Assembly (NCBI GenBank): GCA_037447475.1 | Contig: JBBIGP010000004.1 | Coordinates: forward strand, 7,713 to 71,712 | Direction: 5' to 3' | DNA length: 64,000 bases | Origin: Candidatus Aminicenantes bacterium | GTDB lineage: Bacteria; Acidobacteriota; Aminicenantia; Aminicenantales; Saccharicenantaceae | Shown here: in pieces, positions 11,820-19,975 of the stretch | Position numbering within the stretch: the stretch's first letter is position 1 | Layout: each line of letters opens with the position of its first letter | The notes under the pieces: model-generated | Seen by the model: only the letters and a program-made list of their open reading frames with translations | Databases searched by the model: none | What the model was told of the DNA's origin: nothing | Translations under genes and position numbers: made by a program

Positions 11820-12613
11820 GGTCTTTGATCGTTGAGCCGGAACCCCTCCCCGGGGCCCGGAACATGGCCGTCGACGAGCATCTTTTCTTCTTGGCTCAGG
11901 CCCGGCCGCGAACTTTCCTGCGCTTCTACCGCTGGGAGCGGCCGACGGTCTCCCTCGGCTTTTCCCAAGAGGCGGACAGAGTCGCCGACCTCGATTTCTG
12001 CCGGAGGAACGGCATCGATGTCGTCCGGAGGCTGACCGGCGGCAAGCTCGTCCTCCATCACCGAGAGGTGACCTACTCCGTCGCCTCTTCGGACACCGCC
12101 CGCTTTCGCGAGACGGTGCGCGACTCCTACCGGCTCATCTCCCGGGCCCTGCTCGCGGGTCTCGAGCTCCTGGGAATCCCCTCCCGGATGGCCGGCCCGG
12201 CCCCGCCGTCCTACGCCCGGGGGACCATGCCCTGTTTCGCCCACGCGGCCCGCGATGAGATCGAGAGCGGCGGCCGCAAGATCATCGGAAGCGCCCAGAA
12301 AAGGCTCGGGCCGGCCTTTCTCCAGCACGGATCCATCCCCCTCGAGGACGACACCGCCCTCCTGGCGGCCGTGTCGCGTCCCGGCGGAGCGGGGCCCGGC
12401 GGAGGAATGACCTCCCTCTCCGAGGCCGCCGGCCGCCCCGTCGATTTCGCCGCCGCCGTGTCCGCCCTGTCCCGTGGCTTCGCCGATTCTTTCGGGGTGG
12501 AGCTCGTCCCGTTCGCCCTCGGTCTTGCCGACGAGAGCGCCGTCTCCGCCCTCCGATCCGCCAGATACGGCGACGAGGCCTGGACCCTGCGCCGCCCGCC
12601 CGGGCCTCGTTGA
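11777..12613 (+). CDS. Lipoate-protein ligase / octanoyltransferase family protein (BPL_LplA_LipB domain)
   Basis: NMAVDEHLF...FLRFYRWERPTVSLG...GGKLVLHH...GRKIIGSAQKR (catalytic-Lys region). Start is uncertain. ATG 11777 lies in the loop of the hairpin element; TTG 11825, just after the element, would give the family-typical ~14 residues before NMAVDE. Confidence 0.8.
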   Translation: MNEKFDNKWRFDPLWSLIVEPEPLPGARNMAVDEHLFFLAQARPRTFLRFYRWERPTVSLGFSQEADRVADLDFCRRNGIDVVRRLTGGKLVLHHREVTYSVASSDTARFRETVRDSYRLISRALLAGLELLGIPSRMAGPAPPSYARGTMPCFAHAARDEIESGGRKIIGSAQKRLGPAFLQHGSIPLEDDTALLAAVSRPGGAGPGGGMTSLSEAAGRPVDFAAAVSALSRGFADSFGVELVPFALGLADESAVSALRSARYGDEAWTLRRPPGPR

Positions 12614-12663
12614 CTTTTCTTTCGGGGCGGTGTTACACTTCCCTCCGGAGCGAAGACGGTCCC

Positions 12664-13563
12664 ATGAACGAGATCGAAGAACTTTCCAAGGTGGACCCGG
12701 CCAGCCTTCCGCCCCTCCGGGCCATGCTTCTCGACGACCTCTACCAGAGCGTCCTCAAGAACCTCCACCTGGAGCTCGGCAGCGGTCCCGTCCTCTACCT
12801 CCTCTCGCCGAGCTATTCCGTCCTCAATCCGGCCGCCGACGCCCGCATCTCGGATTTCATCACCCGCCACGAGCCCGTCCTCGACTGTCTCAAGGAGTCC
12901 ATCGTCCAGAACCTGGCCGTCCACTCCGTCCTGGTCGATATCAGCAGCTACTTCATCGAGCAGAACAACGGTCTCGTCCTGGCCCGGCTCCGTGACCGCA
13001 ATGCGGAGGGCCGGCGGTTCGAGATCAAGTTCTACACCCATTCCCCGAAGGAGCTTCTCAGCCATTACGAGGACAAGATCTACATCGGGCGCGACTTCCT
13101 CGACCTGTTCACCCCCCACCGGAAATACTTCGGGATCAAGGACTTCATCGTCTCCCTGAAGGCCCAGTTCGACCGCCTCTCCGAACGGGCCGGGGCTAAG
13201 CTCAAGAAGGCCCAAGAGTTCGGGTCCTATTTCCAGGAGATCGGTGAGTCCGTCGGCGAGCTCCACACCGAGAGCCTCCTCATCCTGCAGAGCCTGCCGC
13301 CGCACCTCGACCTGGCCAAGCTCGGGGCCCAGGACCTCATCGACATCAACGCCCAGTACCGGACCATCAACCACTACGTCATCGAGCTCCACGACACGGT
13401 GGCCGAGTTCGAGAATCTGCTGCGGTTCAAAGAGAAGTCGGATTTCGTCCGCTATGTCACGAAATACAAGAAGGACGTGACCAACCTCATCTCCTATTTC
13501 AATATCAAGATCAACGGGGCCATCACCCAGCGGATCTACCAGTGCAGGAACCGCCACGCCTGA
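12664..13563 (+). CDS. Hypothetical cytoplasmic protein, no recognisable domain
   Basis: Uninterrupted ORF from ATG 12664 (MNEIEELSKVD...). Helical/charged composition. No motif I recognise. Confidence 0.55.
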   Translation: MNEIEELSKVDPASLPPLRAMLLDDLYQSVLKNLHLELGSGPVLYLLSPSYSVLNPAADARISDFITRHEPVLDCLKESIVQNLAVHSVLVDISSYFIEQNNGLVLARLRDRNAEGRRFEIKFYTHSPKELLSHYEDKIYIGRDFLDLFTPHRKYFGIKDFIVSLKAQFDRLSERAGAKLKKAQEFGSYFQEIGESVGELHTESLLILQSLPPHLDLAKLGAQDLIDINAQYRTINHYVIELHDTVAEFENLLRFKEKSDFVRYVTKYKKDVTNLISYFNIKINGAITQRIYQCRNRHA

Positions 13564-13572
13564 CGGGCGGGC

Positions 13573-14886
13573 TCAGAATTTCCTTCCCGCCTCCTTGATG
13601 CGGATGTCCGCGTAGGTCGTCTCCAGGTAAAGGGCCGGCCTGTCCGCGCGGTCCTGGAAGGCCTTGAGAACGGACGACCCGTTCGACGTCACGGCGTCGG
13701 GCTTTCCGTCGAGGCCCCAGTCGACGGCCCCGCCCCTGGTGCGGGCCTCGAGCCGGGCGGCCTCTCCGGCCGGCCAGTCGAGGAGGATCATGCCGTGCTC
13801 GTTGCGGACCTCCATCCCGTGCTTCAGATCGATCGGCTTGAGGACGGCGTTGCCGTTGCGCAGGACGACCGACACTTCGGCCGAGAAGCCGTCCAGCTCG
13901 ACGTTCGCGTAGGACGTCCGGACCGAAACGCTCCCGCCGCCGACGCGCGTCGCCGAAACGGAGCCGTTCCGGGAGGCGACTTTGAGATCGCCGCTGACGT
14001 CCGTCGCCCGGACCCTTTGATAGCTCGTTTCGATGTCCAGGTCCCCTCGGACCGTCGCCGCCGTGATCGAGGAGTGGCGGGCCCGGACGACGGCCGGCCC
14101 GACATCCTCGAGCGCGACCTTCTGGTAGCTCGTCTCGACCGAGACGGGGCCCCCGACGCGCCGCGCTTCGACCTCCATGTGGCGCCCGACGATATCGGCC
14201 CGGCCCCCGACATCCTCGACCCGGGCCCGGGCGTAGCTCGTTTCGACCCGCAGGCCGCCCGACACGGATGCCGCCCGGACACTGGCGTGTTTGCTCGTGA
14301 TCGAGCAGTCGCCGTCGACGCCGTCCACGTCCGCGGCTTGATAGCTCGTCTCCAGCGTGCAGGGTCCTCGGATATCCGAGACGAAGAGCTTCCCGTGCCG
14401 GTTCCGGACGACGAGCCCGGCCACGGACTCGACACGGACCGGGCCGTGGGCGTTGACGACCTCGACCGTCATTCTCCGCGGGACCGTCAGGATGAAGCCC
14501 GTCTCGAAGTTCCGCCTGCGGAATTCCTCACGGTTGGTGCCGAGGGCCAGCCGGTCCTCATCCCGGCGGACGGTGTATTGCAGCTGCCCGGCGACGTCTT
14601 GGGCGTCCTCCTCGCTTCGCCGCCGGATGATCTTCTTGAAGGTCAGCTCGATGTGGCCCTGATCGCCGCCCCGCACCTCGACCCATCCGTGGCCGTTTTG
14701 GACCTCGAGCGCCGCGGGCACGGGGGCCTCGAAGACCAGGGTCTCCTCGTAGGAATACTCCCGGCTCAGACCGAACCACTCCTCGTCCCAATCGAACCGG
14801 ATGTCCCAGCCGCCGGTCTGGACCTGGTAGACGACGAACCCGGCGACCAGCAGGACCGCGAGAAGAACGATCTCACGGAATCGCAT
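13573..14886 (-). CDS. DUF4097-type beta-helical repeat protein with N-terminal membrane anchor
   Basis: N-terminal TM (IVLLAVLLVAGFVVY). Five tandem ~36-aa repeats, each starting ETSY/RTSY (ETSYQAADVDG, ETSYARARVED, ETSYQKVALED, ETSYQRVRATD, RTSYANVELDG). Confidence 0.8.
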   Translation of the reverse strand: MRFREIVLLAVLLVAGFVVYQVQTGGWDIRFDWDEEWFGLSREYSYEETLVFEAPVPAALEVQNGHGWVEVRGGDQGHIELTFKKIIRRRSEEDAQDVAGQLQYTVRRDEDRLALGTNREEFRRRNFETGFILTVPRRMTVEVVNAHGPVRVESVAGLVVRNRHGKLFVSDIRGPCTLETSYQAADVDGVDGDCSITSKHASVRAASVSGGLRVETSYARARVEDVGGRADIVGRHMEVEARRVGGPVSVETSYQKVALEDVGPAVVRARHSSITAATVRGDLDIETSYQRVRATDVSGDLKVASRNGSVSATRVGGGSVSVRTSYANVELDGFSAEVSVVLRNGNAVLKPIDLKHGMEVRNEHGMILLDWPAGEAARLEARTRGGAVDWGLDGKPDAVTSNGSSVLKAFQDRADRPALYLETTYADIRIKEAGRKF

Positions 14887-14890
14887 GGCC

Positions 14891-15106
14891 TCAATCCTGC
14901 GGCGGGGCCGGCGGCTTCTCGCGCTCGCGCCTCTCCTTAAGACCGAGCATGAGCTTGTTGGCGCCCCAGACGATCAGGATGACCGGCCAGAGCCTCCAGA
15001 CATAGCGCCAGACGGCGACGTCGAATTGCTCGAGCAGGAAGATCCCGCCGAGGACGATGAGGATGATGCCCCAGACGAGCGAATCGCGCTGTCTCTGCTT
15101 TGCCAT
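14891..15106 (-). CDS. Small membrane protein, LiaI/LiaF-like (DUF5668) domain
   Basis: 71 aa with two TM helices (LVWGIILIVLGGIFLL...LWPVILIVWGANKL). ATG with GGAGGA SD. Confidence 0.6.
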   Translation of the reverse strand: MAKQRQRDSLVWGIILIVLGGIFLLEQFDVAVWRYVWRLWPVILIVWGANKLMLGLKERREREKPPAPPQD

Positions 15107-15118
15107 GATGGTCCTCCT

Positions 15119-15616
15119 TCAGTTCCCGTTGCCGTTCTTCTTCCTGGCCATGGAGTCGGTGACCAGCTTGAGTCCGATGGCGATGACCGCGACGGGCCAG
15201 AAATCGAAGAGGGTCTCGTAGCGGATGACGTCGAAGTTGGCCAGGATGAGAAGGCCGCCGAGGCCGATGAGAACGGCCCCCCAGAAGATCGAGCCGGATG
15301 GCACGATCTCGGGCAGGCCCTGTATCCCGGCTTCGTCCGGCTTCTCGCCGGCGGCCTTCAGGTTGATGGCCTTGGCGACCTGGACGCTGTCGATGACCTG
15401 GAAGACGTAGAACCCGGCCAGCAGCAGGGCCTTGAAGGGCTGCCCGCCGCCGCTCTCTTGGATAGTGATCAGACCGGCGAAAAGGATCATGTAGAAGATG
15501 CCCTTCGCGATCTGCCCGTTGTAGAGGGCCCCGGTGCCGGGGAAGACGGCCGACAGGATGCCGGCCGCCGCCGGCGACTTGGGCGGCTTCCGCGGGATGA
15601 CGGATCTTTCGTCCAT
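15119..15616 (-). CDS. Membrane protein with C-terminal DUF5668-like domain
   Basis: 165 aa with four predicted TM segments. The C-terminus (IFWGAVLIGLGGLLILANFD...FWPVAVIAIGLKL) resembles the downstream small protein. Confidence 0.6.
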   Translation of the reverse strand: MDERSVIPRKPPKSPAAAGILSAVFPGTGALYNGQIAKGIFYMILFAGLITIQESGGGQPFKALLLAGFYVFQVIDSVQVAKAINLKAAGEKPDEAGIQGLPEIVPSGSIFWGAVLIGLGGLLILANFDVIRYETLFDFWPVAVIAIGLKLVTDSMARKKNGNGN

Positions 15617-15636
15617 GGAAATGACCTCCGTTGATG

Positions 15637-16152
15637 TTAGGGTTTATCCTCGCCGGCCTTCAAGAGATCGAAATCCTTGAAGGACCTGATGACGTTTCCC
15701 GTGAACTCGCCCAGCCCGCTCTTGATCGAGCCCGCCTCGGCGTAGAGCTTCTCGACCGTGCCGACGCCCCGGTGGAGCTGGACGTCGATCGTTTTCCGGA
15801 CGGCCTGTCCCTCCGGGTGGAAGAGGACGAAGGACAGGGCGACGAGCAGGACGGTGAACGCGGCGTAAACGGGCTGGAGGGCGGGCCGGACCAGGAGGTC
15901 GATCGCCGCCCGGACGCCCCTTTTCCTCCCGGCTCTCTCGCCGGGGATCCCGTACAGACGGGCCATGAGGGCGGGGGAGGGCTCGGCCTCGGGGAAGACG
16001 GCCATGGCCCCGGTCACCTCCCGGAGCGCCTCCAGCAGCCCCGCGCAATCGGGGCAGGCGGCGAGATGGATTTCCGTCTCGGCCCGCTCCGCGGCGCCCA
16101 GCTCGCCCTCGAGGTAGGCGGAGAGAAGCCCTTCGACGCGTTCGCAGGTCAT
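15637..16152 (-). CDS. Anti-sigma factor, zf-HC2 type, single TM
   Basis: ATG 16152 overlaps the sigma-factor stop (ATGA). MTCERVEGLLSAYLEGEL...HLAACPDCAGLL is the HxxxCxxC zinc motif, followed by one TM helix. Confidence 0.8.
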   Translation of the reverse strand: MTCERVEGLLSAYLEGELGAAERAETEIHLAACPDCAGLLEALREVTGAMAVFPEAEPSPALMARLYGIPGERAGRKRGVRAAIDLLVRPALQPVYAAFTVLLVALSFVLFHPEGQAVRKTIDVQLHRGVGTVEKLYAEAGSIKSGLGEFTGNVIRSFKDFDLLKAGEDKP

Positions 16153-16703
16153 GACGTCCCTCCCTTGGCTTCCCGGAGGACCCGGGCCAGCTGGATCCGG
16201 GCCCGGTTGACGCGCGACTTGACCGTGCCCAGCGGCAGGCCGAGCAGGCCGGCCATCTCCTCGTAGCTGTGCCCCTGCAGGTCCCTCAGGACGATGACCG
16301 TCCGCATCTCCGGCGACAGGCGATCGAGCCCCTGCCAGACGAAGGCCTTGGTCTCCTTGTCGGCGAGGCTCTCCTCCGGGCCGTCGGCGGCGGCGTGGGC
16401 CAGGACGCGTTCGTCGAACTCGTCCCGCCGGGCGCGCTCCCATTTGGTCCGGCGGTACTCGTCGATGAGGTGATTCTTGGCCAGGGTCAGGAACCAGGCC
16501 TGGAAGTTCTTGGCGGGGTCGTACTTGGGCAGGGCCCCGTGGAGCTTGAGGAAGACCTCCTGGGTCATGTCCTCGGCCTCCTGCCGGCTCCCGCTGAACT
16601 GATAGGCCATGTTAAAGATCCTCCCGGCGAACTGGTCCACCAGCGTTCTCCATGCTCCCTGGCTCCCGGCCAGGCACTGGCTGACGACTTCGCTCAAATC
16701 CAC
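16149..16703 (-). CDS. ECF (sigma-70 family group 4) RNA polymerase sigma factor
   Basis: 184 aa, GTG start. Region 2 (FNMAYQFSGSRQEAEDMTQEVFLK, AWFLTLAKNHLIDEYRR) and region 4 HTH (SYEEMAGLLGLPLGTVKSRVNRAR). Confidence 0.9.
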   Translation of the reverse strand: MDLSEVVSQCLAGSQGAWRTLVDQFAGRIFNMAYQFSGSRQEAEDMTQEVFLKLHGALPKYDPAKNFQAWFLTLAKNHLIDEYRRTKWERARRDEFDERVLAHAAADGPEESLADKETKAFVWQGLDRLSPEMRTVIVLRDLQGHSYEEMAGLLGLPLGTVKSRVNRARIQLARVLREAKGGTS

Positions 16704-16719
16704 TCAATCCACCCTGGTT

Positions 16720-16745
16720 GACGGGACCGGACGGCGAAAAGTTCC
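16720..16745 (-). promoter_or_regulatory. Candidate ECF-type promoter (GGAAC-N17-CGTC) upstream of the ECF sigma gene
   Basis: On the minus strand, GGAAC (plus-strand gttcc, 16741-16745), 17 nt, then CGTC (plus-strand gacg, 16720-16723), about 16 nt upstream of the GTG start. Motif match only. Confidence 0.3.
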
Positions 16746-16988
16746 GTTTCCGGGCCCATTTTCTTATAAAAACGCCCCCCGGGCAACCCGGAAAGGAGGT
16801 GCTTCTGCCCGGCTCGGGACGTTCCTCTCGCGGCGCACCCCCGTCCGTGCTCGCCGCTCCAAAGGGCTCTTCGGCATCAGCGGCTGCGCACGGGCGGGGG
16901 GCCCCCACGCCGCTGCGTCACTGTCCCTCGCCCTTCCGAGTCCGGCCTCCTCAGGCCCTGGGGCGGGCGTGCCGGGCGGGGGCCGTCT

Positions 16989-16997
16989 TGCTATAAT
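16989..16997 (+). promoter_or_regulatory. Extended -10 element (TGcTATAAT) upstream of the second ECF sigma gene
   Basis: TG at 16989-16990 and a perfect TATAAT at 16992-16997, with no good -35. Followed by a 10-bp leader hairpin at 17004-17029 that abuts the GAGGAG RBS. Confidence 0.35.
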
Positions 16998-17052
16998 GAA
17001 AGAGGGGCGGGAACGCAACTTTCCGCCCCCTGAGGAGTTAAAGGTAGTGAGC

Positions 17053-17637
17053 ATGGACGAACAAGAGCTGATCCGGCGCGTCCAGGACGGGGACGAATGG
17101 GCGTTCGGCCGGATCATGGCTCTTTATAAGGACCGCATCGTGAACTACTTGTACCACTTCTCGGGCGATTATCAGAAGGCCGTCGAGCTGGCCCAGGAGA
17201 CGTTCCTGCGGGTCTACTTCAAGGCGGGGAAGTACCGCCCCATCGGTCCCCTGTCCTCGTGGATCTATACGATCGCCTCCAACCTGGCCAAGACCGACGC
17301 CCGCAGGTCCCGGCGGGCGGCCACCGTCTCCCTGGAGGACATCCCCAACGACTTCGCGAGCGGCGCCTACTATGAGGACCCGGTCGATCCCGGGCTCGTC
17401 AGGAACCTTCGGGAGGCCCTCGACGAGCTCCACCCCCGCTACCGGATCCCCGTCGTCCTCAAGGACGTCGAGGGCTTCTCCCAGGAGGAGATCGCCCGGA
17501 TCATCGACCGTCCGGTCGGGACGGTCAAGGCCCGCATCAGCCGGGGCCGCGACCAGCTCAAGCGGAAGCTGGAGAAGGCCCTCGAAGGCCGGGTCACGCA
17601 AGTCGACAGCGAGGTGAGCGAACATGGAAGGGCATGA
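17053..17637 (+). CDS. ECF RNA polymerase sigma factor (second copy, divergent)
   Basis: MDEQELIRRVQDGDEWAFGRIMALYKDRIVNYLYHFSGDYQKAVELAQETFLRVY, with region 4 SQEEIARIIDRPVGTVKARISRGR. GTG 17047 is an alternative start. Confidence 0.9.
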   Translation: MDEQELIRRVQDGDEWAFGRIMALYKDRIVNYLYHFSGDYQKAVELAQETFLRVYFKAGKYRPIGPLSSWIYTIASNLAKTDARRSRRAATVSLEDIPNDFASGAYYEDPVDPGLVRNLREALDELHPRYRIPVVLKDVEGFSQEEIARIIDRPVGTVKARISRGRDQLKRKLEKALEGRVTQVDSEVSEHGRA

Positions 17638-18049
17638 CATCCTCGGCAAGATGAGAAAGGTCGGCGCCCCGCCCGACTTCGACCAGAGGGTCTTTTACCG
17701 CCTGCGGGAGGCCCGCAGGGAACGGGCCCGGCGCCGGGCCGTCGCCCGCTATGCCCTGGCCGGCTCGGCGGCCCTGTTCCTGGCCGCGTTCCTGATATTC
17801 GACAGGGGCTTCATGCGGCAAGGGGCCTTTCCGTGGTCAGCGGGGAAGCGTGCCGCCGAGGCCGAACAGAAGCTCGAAACGAAGGATCCGTCCCCATGGC
17901 GGGGGCCGGAGGCAGCCGGCCGGCCGTTCGTCCCGGTCCTCGAGACCCTGGACTACGCGGCCGATGTCCGGCGCGACTCCCCCGGGCCCCGGACGGTTTA
18001 CATACTGGAGCAGGTTTCCGATGTCCGAACGTCGGGAATCATCTACTAG
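17624..18049 (+). CDS. Putative membrane-anchored anti-sigma / regulatory protein
   Basis: Overlaps the sigma gene by 14 nt. 141 aa with one TM (YALAGSAALFLAAFLIF). Called from position only; no zinc motif. Confidence 0.5.
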   Translation: MEGHDILGKMRKVGAPPDFDQRVFYRLREARRERARRRAVARYALAGSAALFLAAFLIFDRGFMRQGAFPWSAGKRAAEAEQKLETKDPSPWRGPEAAGRPFVPVLETLDYAADVRRDSPGPRTVYILEQVSDVRTSGIIY

Positions 18050-18064
18050 GAGGTCTTCGCAGCC

Positions 18065-19711
18065 ATGAATATGAAACATGGATCGGCCCTCACGGCAATG
18101 GTCGTCCTTTTCGTCGCAGGCCTCTCGCCGCTCGCCGGGCCGGCGGCGGCGATGGGCGCTCAGCGCGACAGCGCGGATATCGCGAAAAAGGTCTACCCGT
18201 CCGTGGTCCGGGTCGAGGCCCAGAACCACACCCGCAAGGTCGCCACGGGCGTCGTCGTCGAAAAGGGCGGGTACATCGTGACGACGGCCCTCATCTCGCC
18301 GCGCGACCAGAGGATCGTCGTCACCACGGCCGACGGCAAGACGATCGAGGCCGAGTTCCTCGGCTTCGACACCGAGACCCAGCTGGCCCTCGTCCGGGCC
18401 AAGGATGCCGCCGGGCTTCCCGCCCTGGCCGCAGGGAGGGCCGCCGACCTTTCGGCGGGCTCCTGGATCTGTGTCGTCGGGGTCTCCCCCGAGAGCGCGC
18501 CGGCCGTGACCCAGGGCATCGTCAGCTCCATCGCCGAGGACCGGCTGCGGCTCAACGTCTGGGTGACGCCGGGAACGAGCGGCGGCCCCGTCGTCGACGA
18601 CAAAGGCCGGATGGTCGGGCTCCTCCGGGGCATCTACGTCGAGGAGAAGCCCGTCGTCTTCCAGTTCCGCGACCGCGAACAGACGGGCTCCGGTCTCGTC
18701 ATCAGCCGCGGCGAGGCCCCGTCGTCAGGGATGGCCGTGGCCGTACCCGTGGACGTCGTCAAGGACGTCGCCGCCCAGATCAAGGACAAGGGCTGGGTCG
18801 AACGCGGCTGGCTCGGGGTCGGCATCGGGCAGGACGCCGACGGCCGGATCATCATCGGCCAGGTCGACAGGGAAAGCCCGGCCGAGCTGGCCAAGCTCCG
18901 GCCCGGGGATATCATCCTCAAGATCGGGGACAAGGACATCGCCGGACCCGACCAGCTGGCCGCCGAGATCCGCAAACGGAAGCCGGGCCAGGAGGTCACC
19001 CTGAGGATCGAGCGGGACGGAAAGCCCCAGGACGTCAAGGTCAAGCTCGGCGAATACGCCGAGGCCGACGCCAGGCGGGAGCTTGAGTTCCGCTTCCCCC
19101 GGCTCTTCCCTCCGCCGCCGGAACAACCTGCCGCGCCGGCGGCTCCCAAGGGACTGGCGGCGCCGGCCGTGCCGGCCCGTCCGGCTTGGGCCTTCGAACA
19201 GCGGAAATACATCGGGATCTATCCCTTGGAGCTCAACCGGGAGCTGGCCGAGCACTACGGCGTCAAGGATGGCACGGGGCTGCTCGTCTCGCGGCTGACC
19301 GCCGGCGGCCCGGCCGAGAAGGCCGGCCTCAAGGTCGGCGACGTCATCGTCCGGGTGGACGGCCGGCGCGTGGAATCGACCAACGATCTCATCGACCGCA
19401 TCCAGGCCAAGGCCAAGGGCGACAAGGTCAAGGTCGAGGTCCTGCGGGAGAAGAAGACCGTCAGCCTCGAGATCGAGGTCGCCGAGGAGAGCTCGGGGGG
19501 CTTCTTCGGCCCCGAGGGCCTGAGGGACGCGCTCGAGTCCTGGCAGGGCGCCACCGATGCCTTCGAGACCGTCCTCAAGAGATGGCGGTCCGATCATCTC
19601 CCGGAGATCCGGGAGAACCTGAAGAGGATCCAGGAGGAGATGGCAGTCAAGAGCAAGGAGTCAGCCAAAGAGGTCGCCGCTCTCGTCAGGGGGGTCTTGC
19701 GAAGGGTCTAA
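18065..19711 (+). CDS. HtrA/DegP-like periplasmic protein with two PDZ domains (catalytic His and Asp apparently substituted)
   Basis: Signal peptide, trypsin-like fold (GGYIVTT..., TPGTSGGPVVDDKGRMVGL), and two PDZ-like regions (GWLGVGIG...; LTAGGPAEKAGLKVGDVIV). See the finding on the triad. Confidence 0.85.
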   Translation: MNMKHGSALTAMVVLFVAGLSPLAGPAAAMGAQRDSADIAKKVYPSVVRVEAQNHTRKVATGVVVEKGGYIVTTALISPRDQRIVVTTADGKTIEAEFLGFDTETQLALVRAKDAAGLPALAAGRAADLSAGSWICVVGVSPESAPAVTQGIVSSIAEDRLRLNVWVTPGTSGGPVVDDKGRMVGLLRGIYVEEKPVVFQFRDREQTGSGLVISRGEAPSSGMAVAVPVDVVKDVAAQIKDKGWVERGWLGVGIGQDADGRIIIGQVDRESPAELAKLRPGDIILKIGDKDIAGPDQLAAEIRKRKPGQEVTLRIERDGKPQDVKVKLGEYAEADARRELEFRFPRLFPPPPEQPAAPAAPKGLAAPAVPARPAWAFEQRKYIGIYPLELNRELAEHYGVKDGTGLLVSRLTAGGPAEKAGLKVGDVIVRVDGRRVESTNDLIDRIQAKAKGDKVKVEVLREKKTVSLEIEVAEESSGGFFGPEGLRDALESWQGATDAFETVLKRWRSDHLPEIRENLKRIQEEMAVKSKESAKEVAALVRGVLRRV

Positions 19712-19941
19712 GCCTGATTTATTCACGAGTCGAGGCGGCTGCAGATGCCATCCCTTCGCAACGCAGCAGATGCGGCCGGATCGGCTCGCCCGGAGGGTGA
19801 AAATGCCGGTCTTTCTGAGAGGCGCTTGTAAAAAGCCCTGGAAAAATTGGAGAGCTGGATATCCTGCAGATATCGCAAGACTTAGAGAACACATCGGCAT
19901 TTTCATGAATAGGTCAGGTAAGAGACCTGCTCCTGTCTATA

Positions 19942-19975
19942 GGGGGACATGCACTTCTGGTCCCCCTTTCTTTCT
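19942..19975 (+). terminator. Intrinsic-terminator-like hairpin
   Basis: GGGGGAC (19942-19948), an 11-nt loop, GTCCCCC (19960-19966), then TTTCTTTCT. The U-rich tail exists only in the plus orientation. Confidence 0.4.

Noticed and set aside
13900-14440. ~108-nt periodicity inside the DUF4097 gene, considered as a possible tandem DNA repeat
   Set aside because: The periodicity is at protein level (five ETSY... beta-helix repeats). The nucleotide sequences of the units are diverged, so this is ordinary internal domain repetition and not a DNA repeat element.
19905-19970. Possible SRP (4.5S) RNA because of GGTCAGGT... and a GGGGG...CCCCC closing helix
   Set aside because: The conserved helix-8 sequence (GGAA tetraloop with AGCAGCC / GGUCAGG asymmetric loops) is not present. 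The G5/C5 helix encloses only 11 nt.
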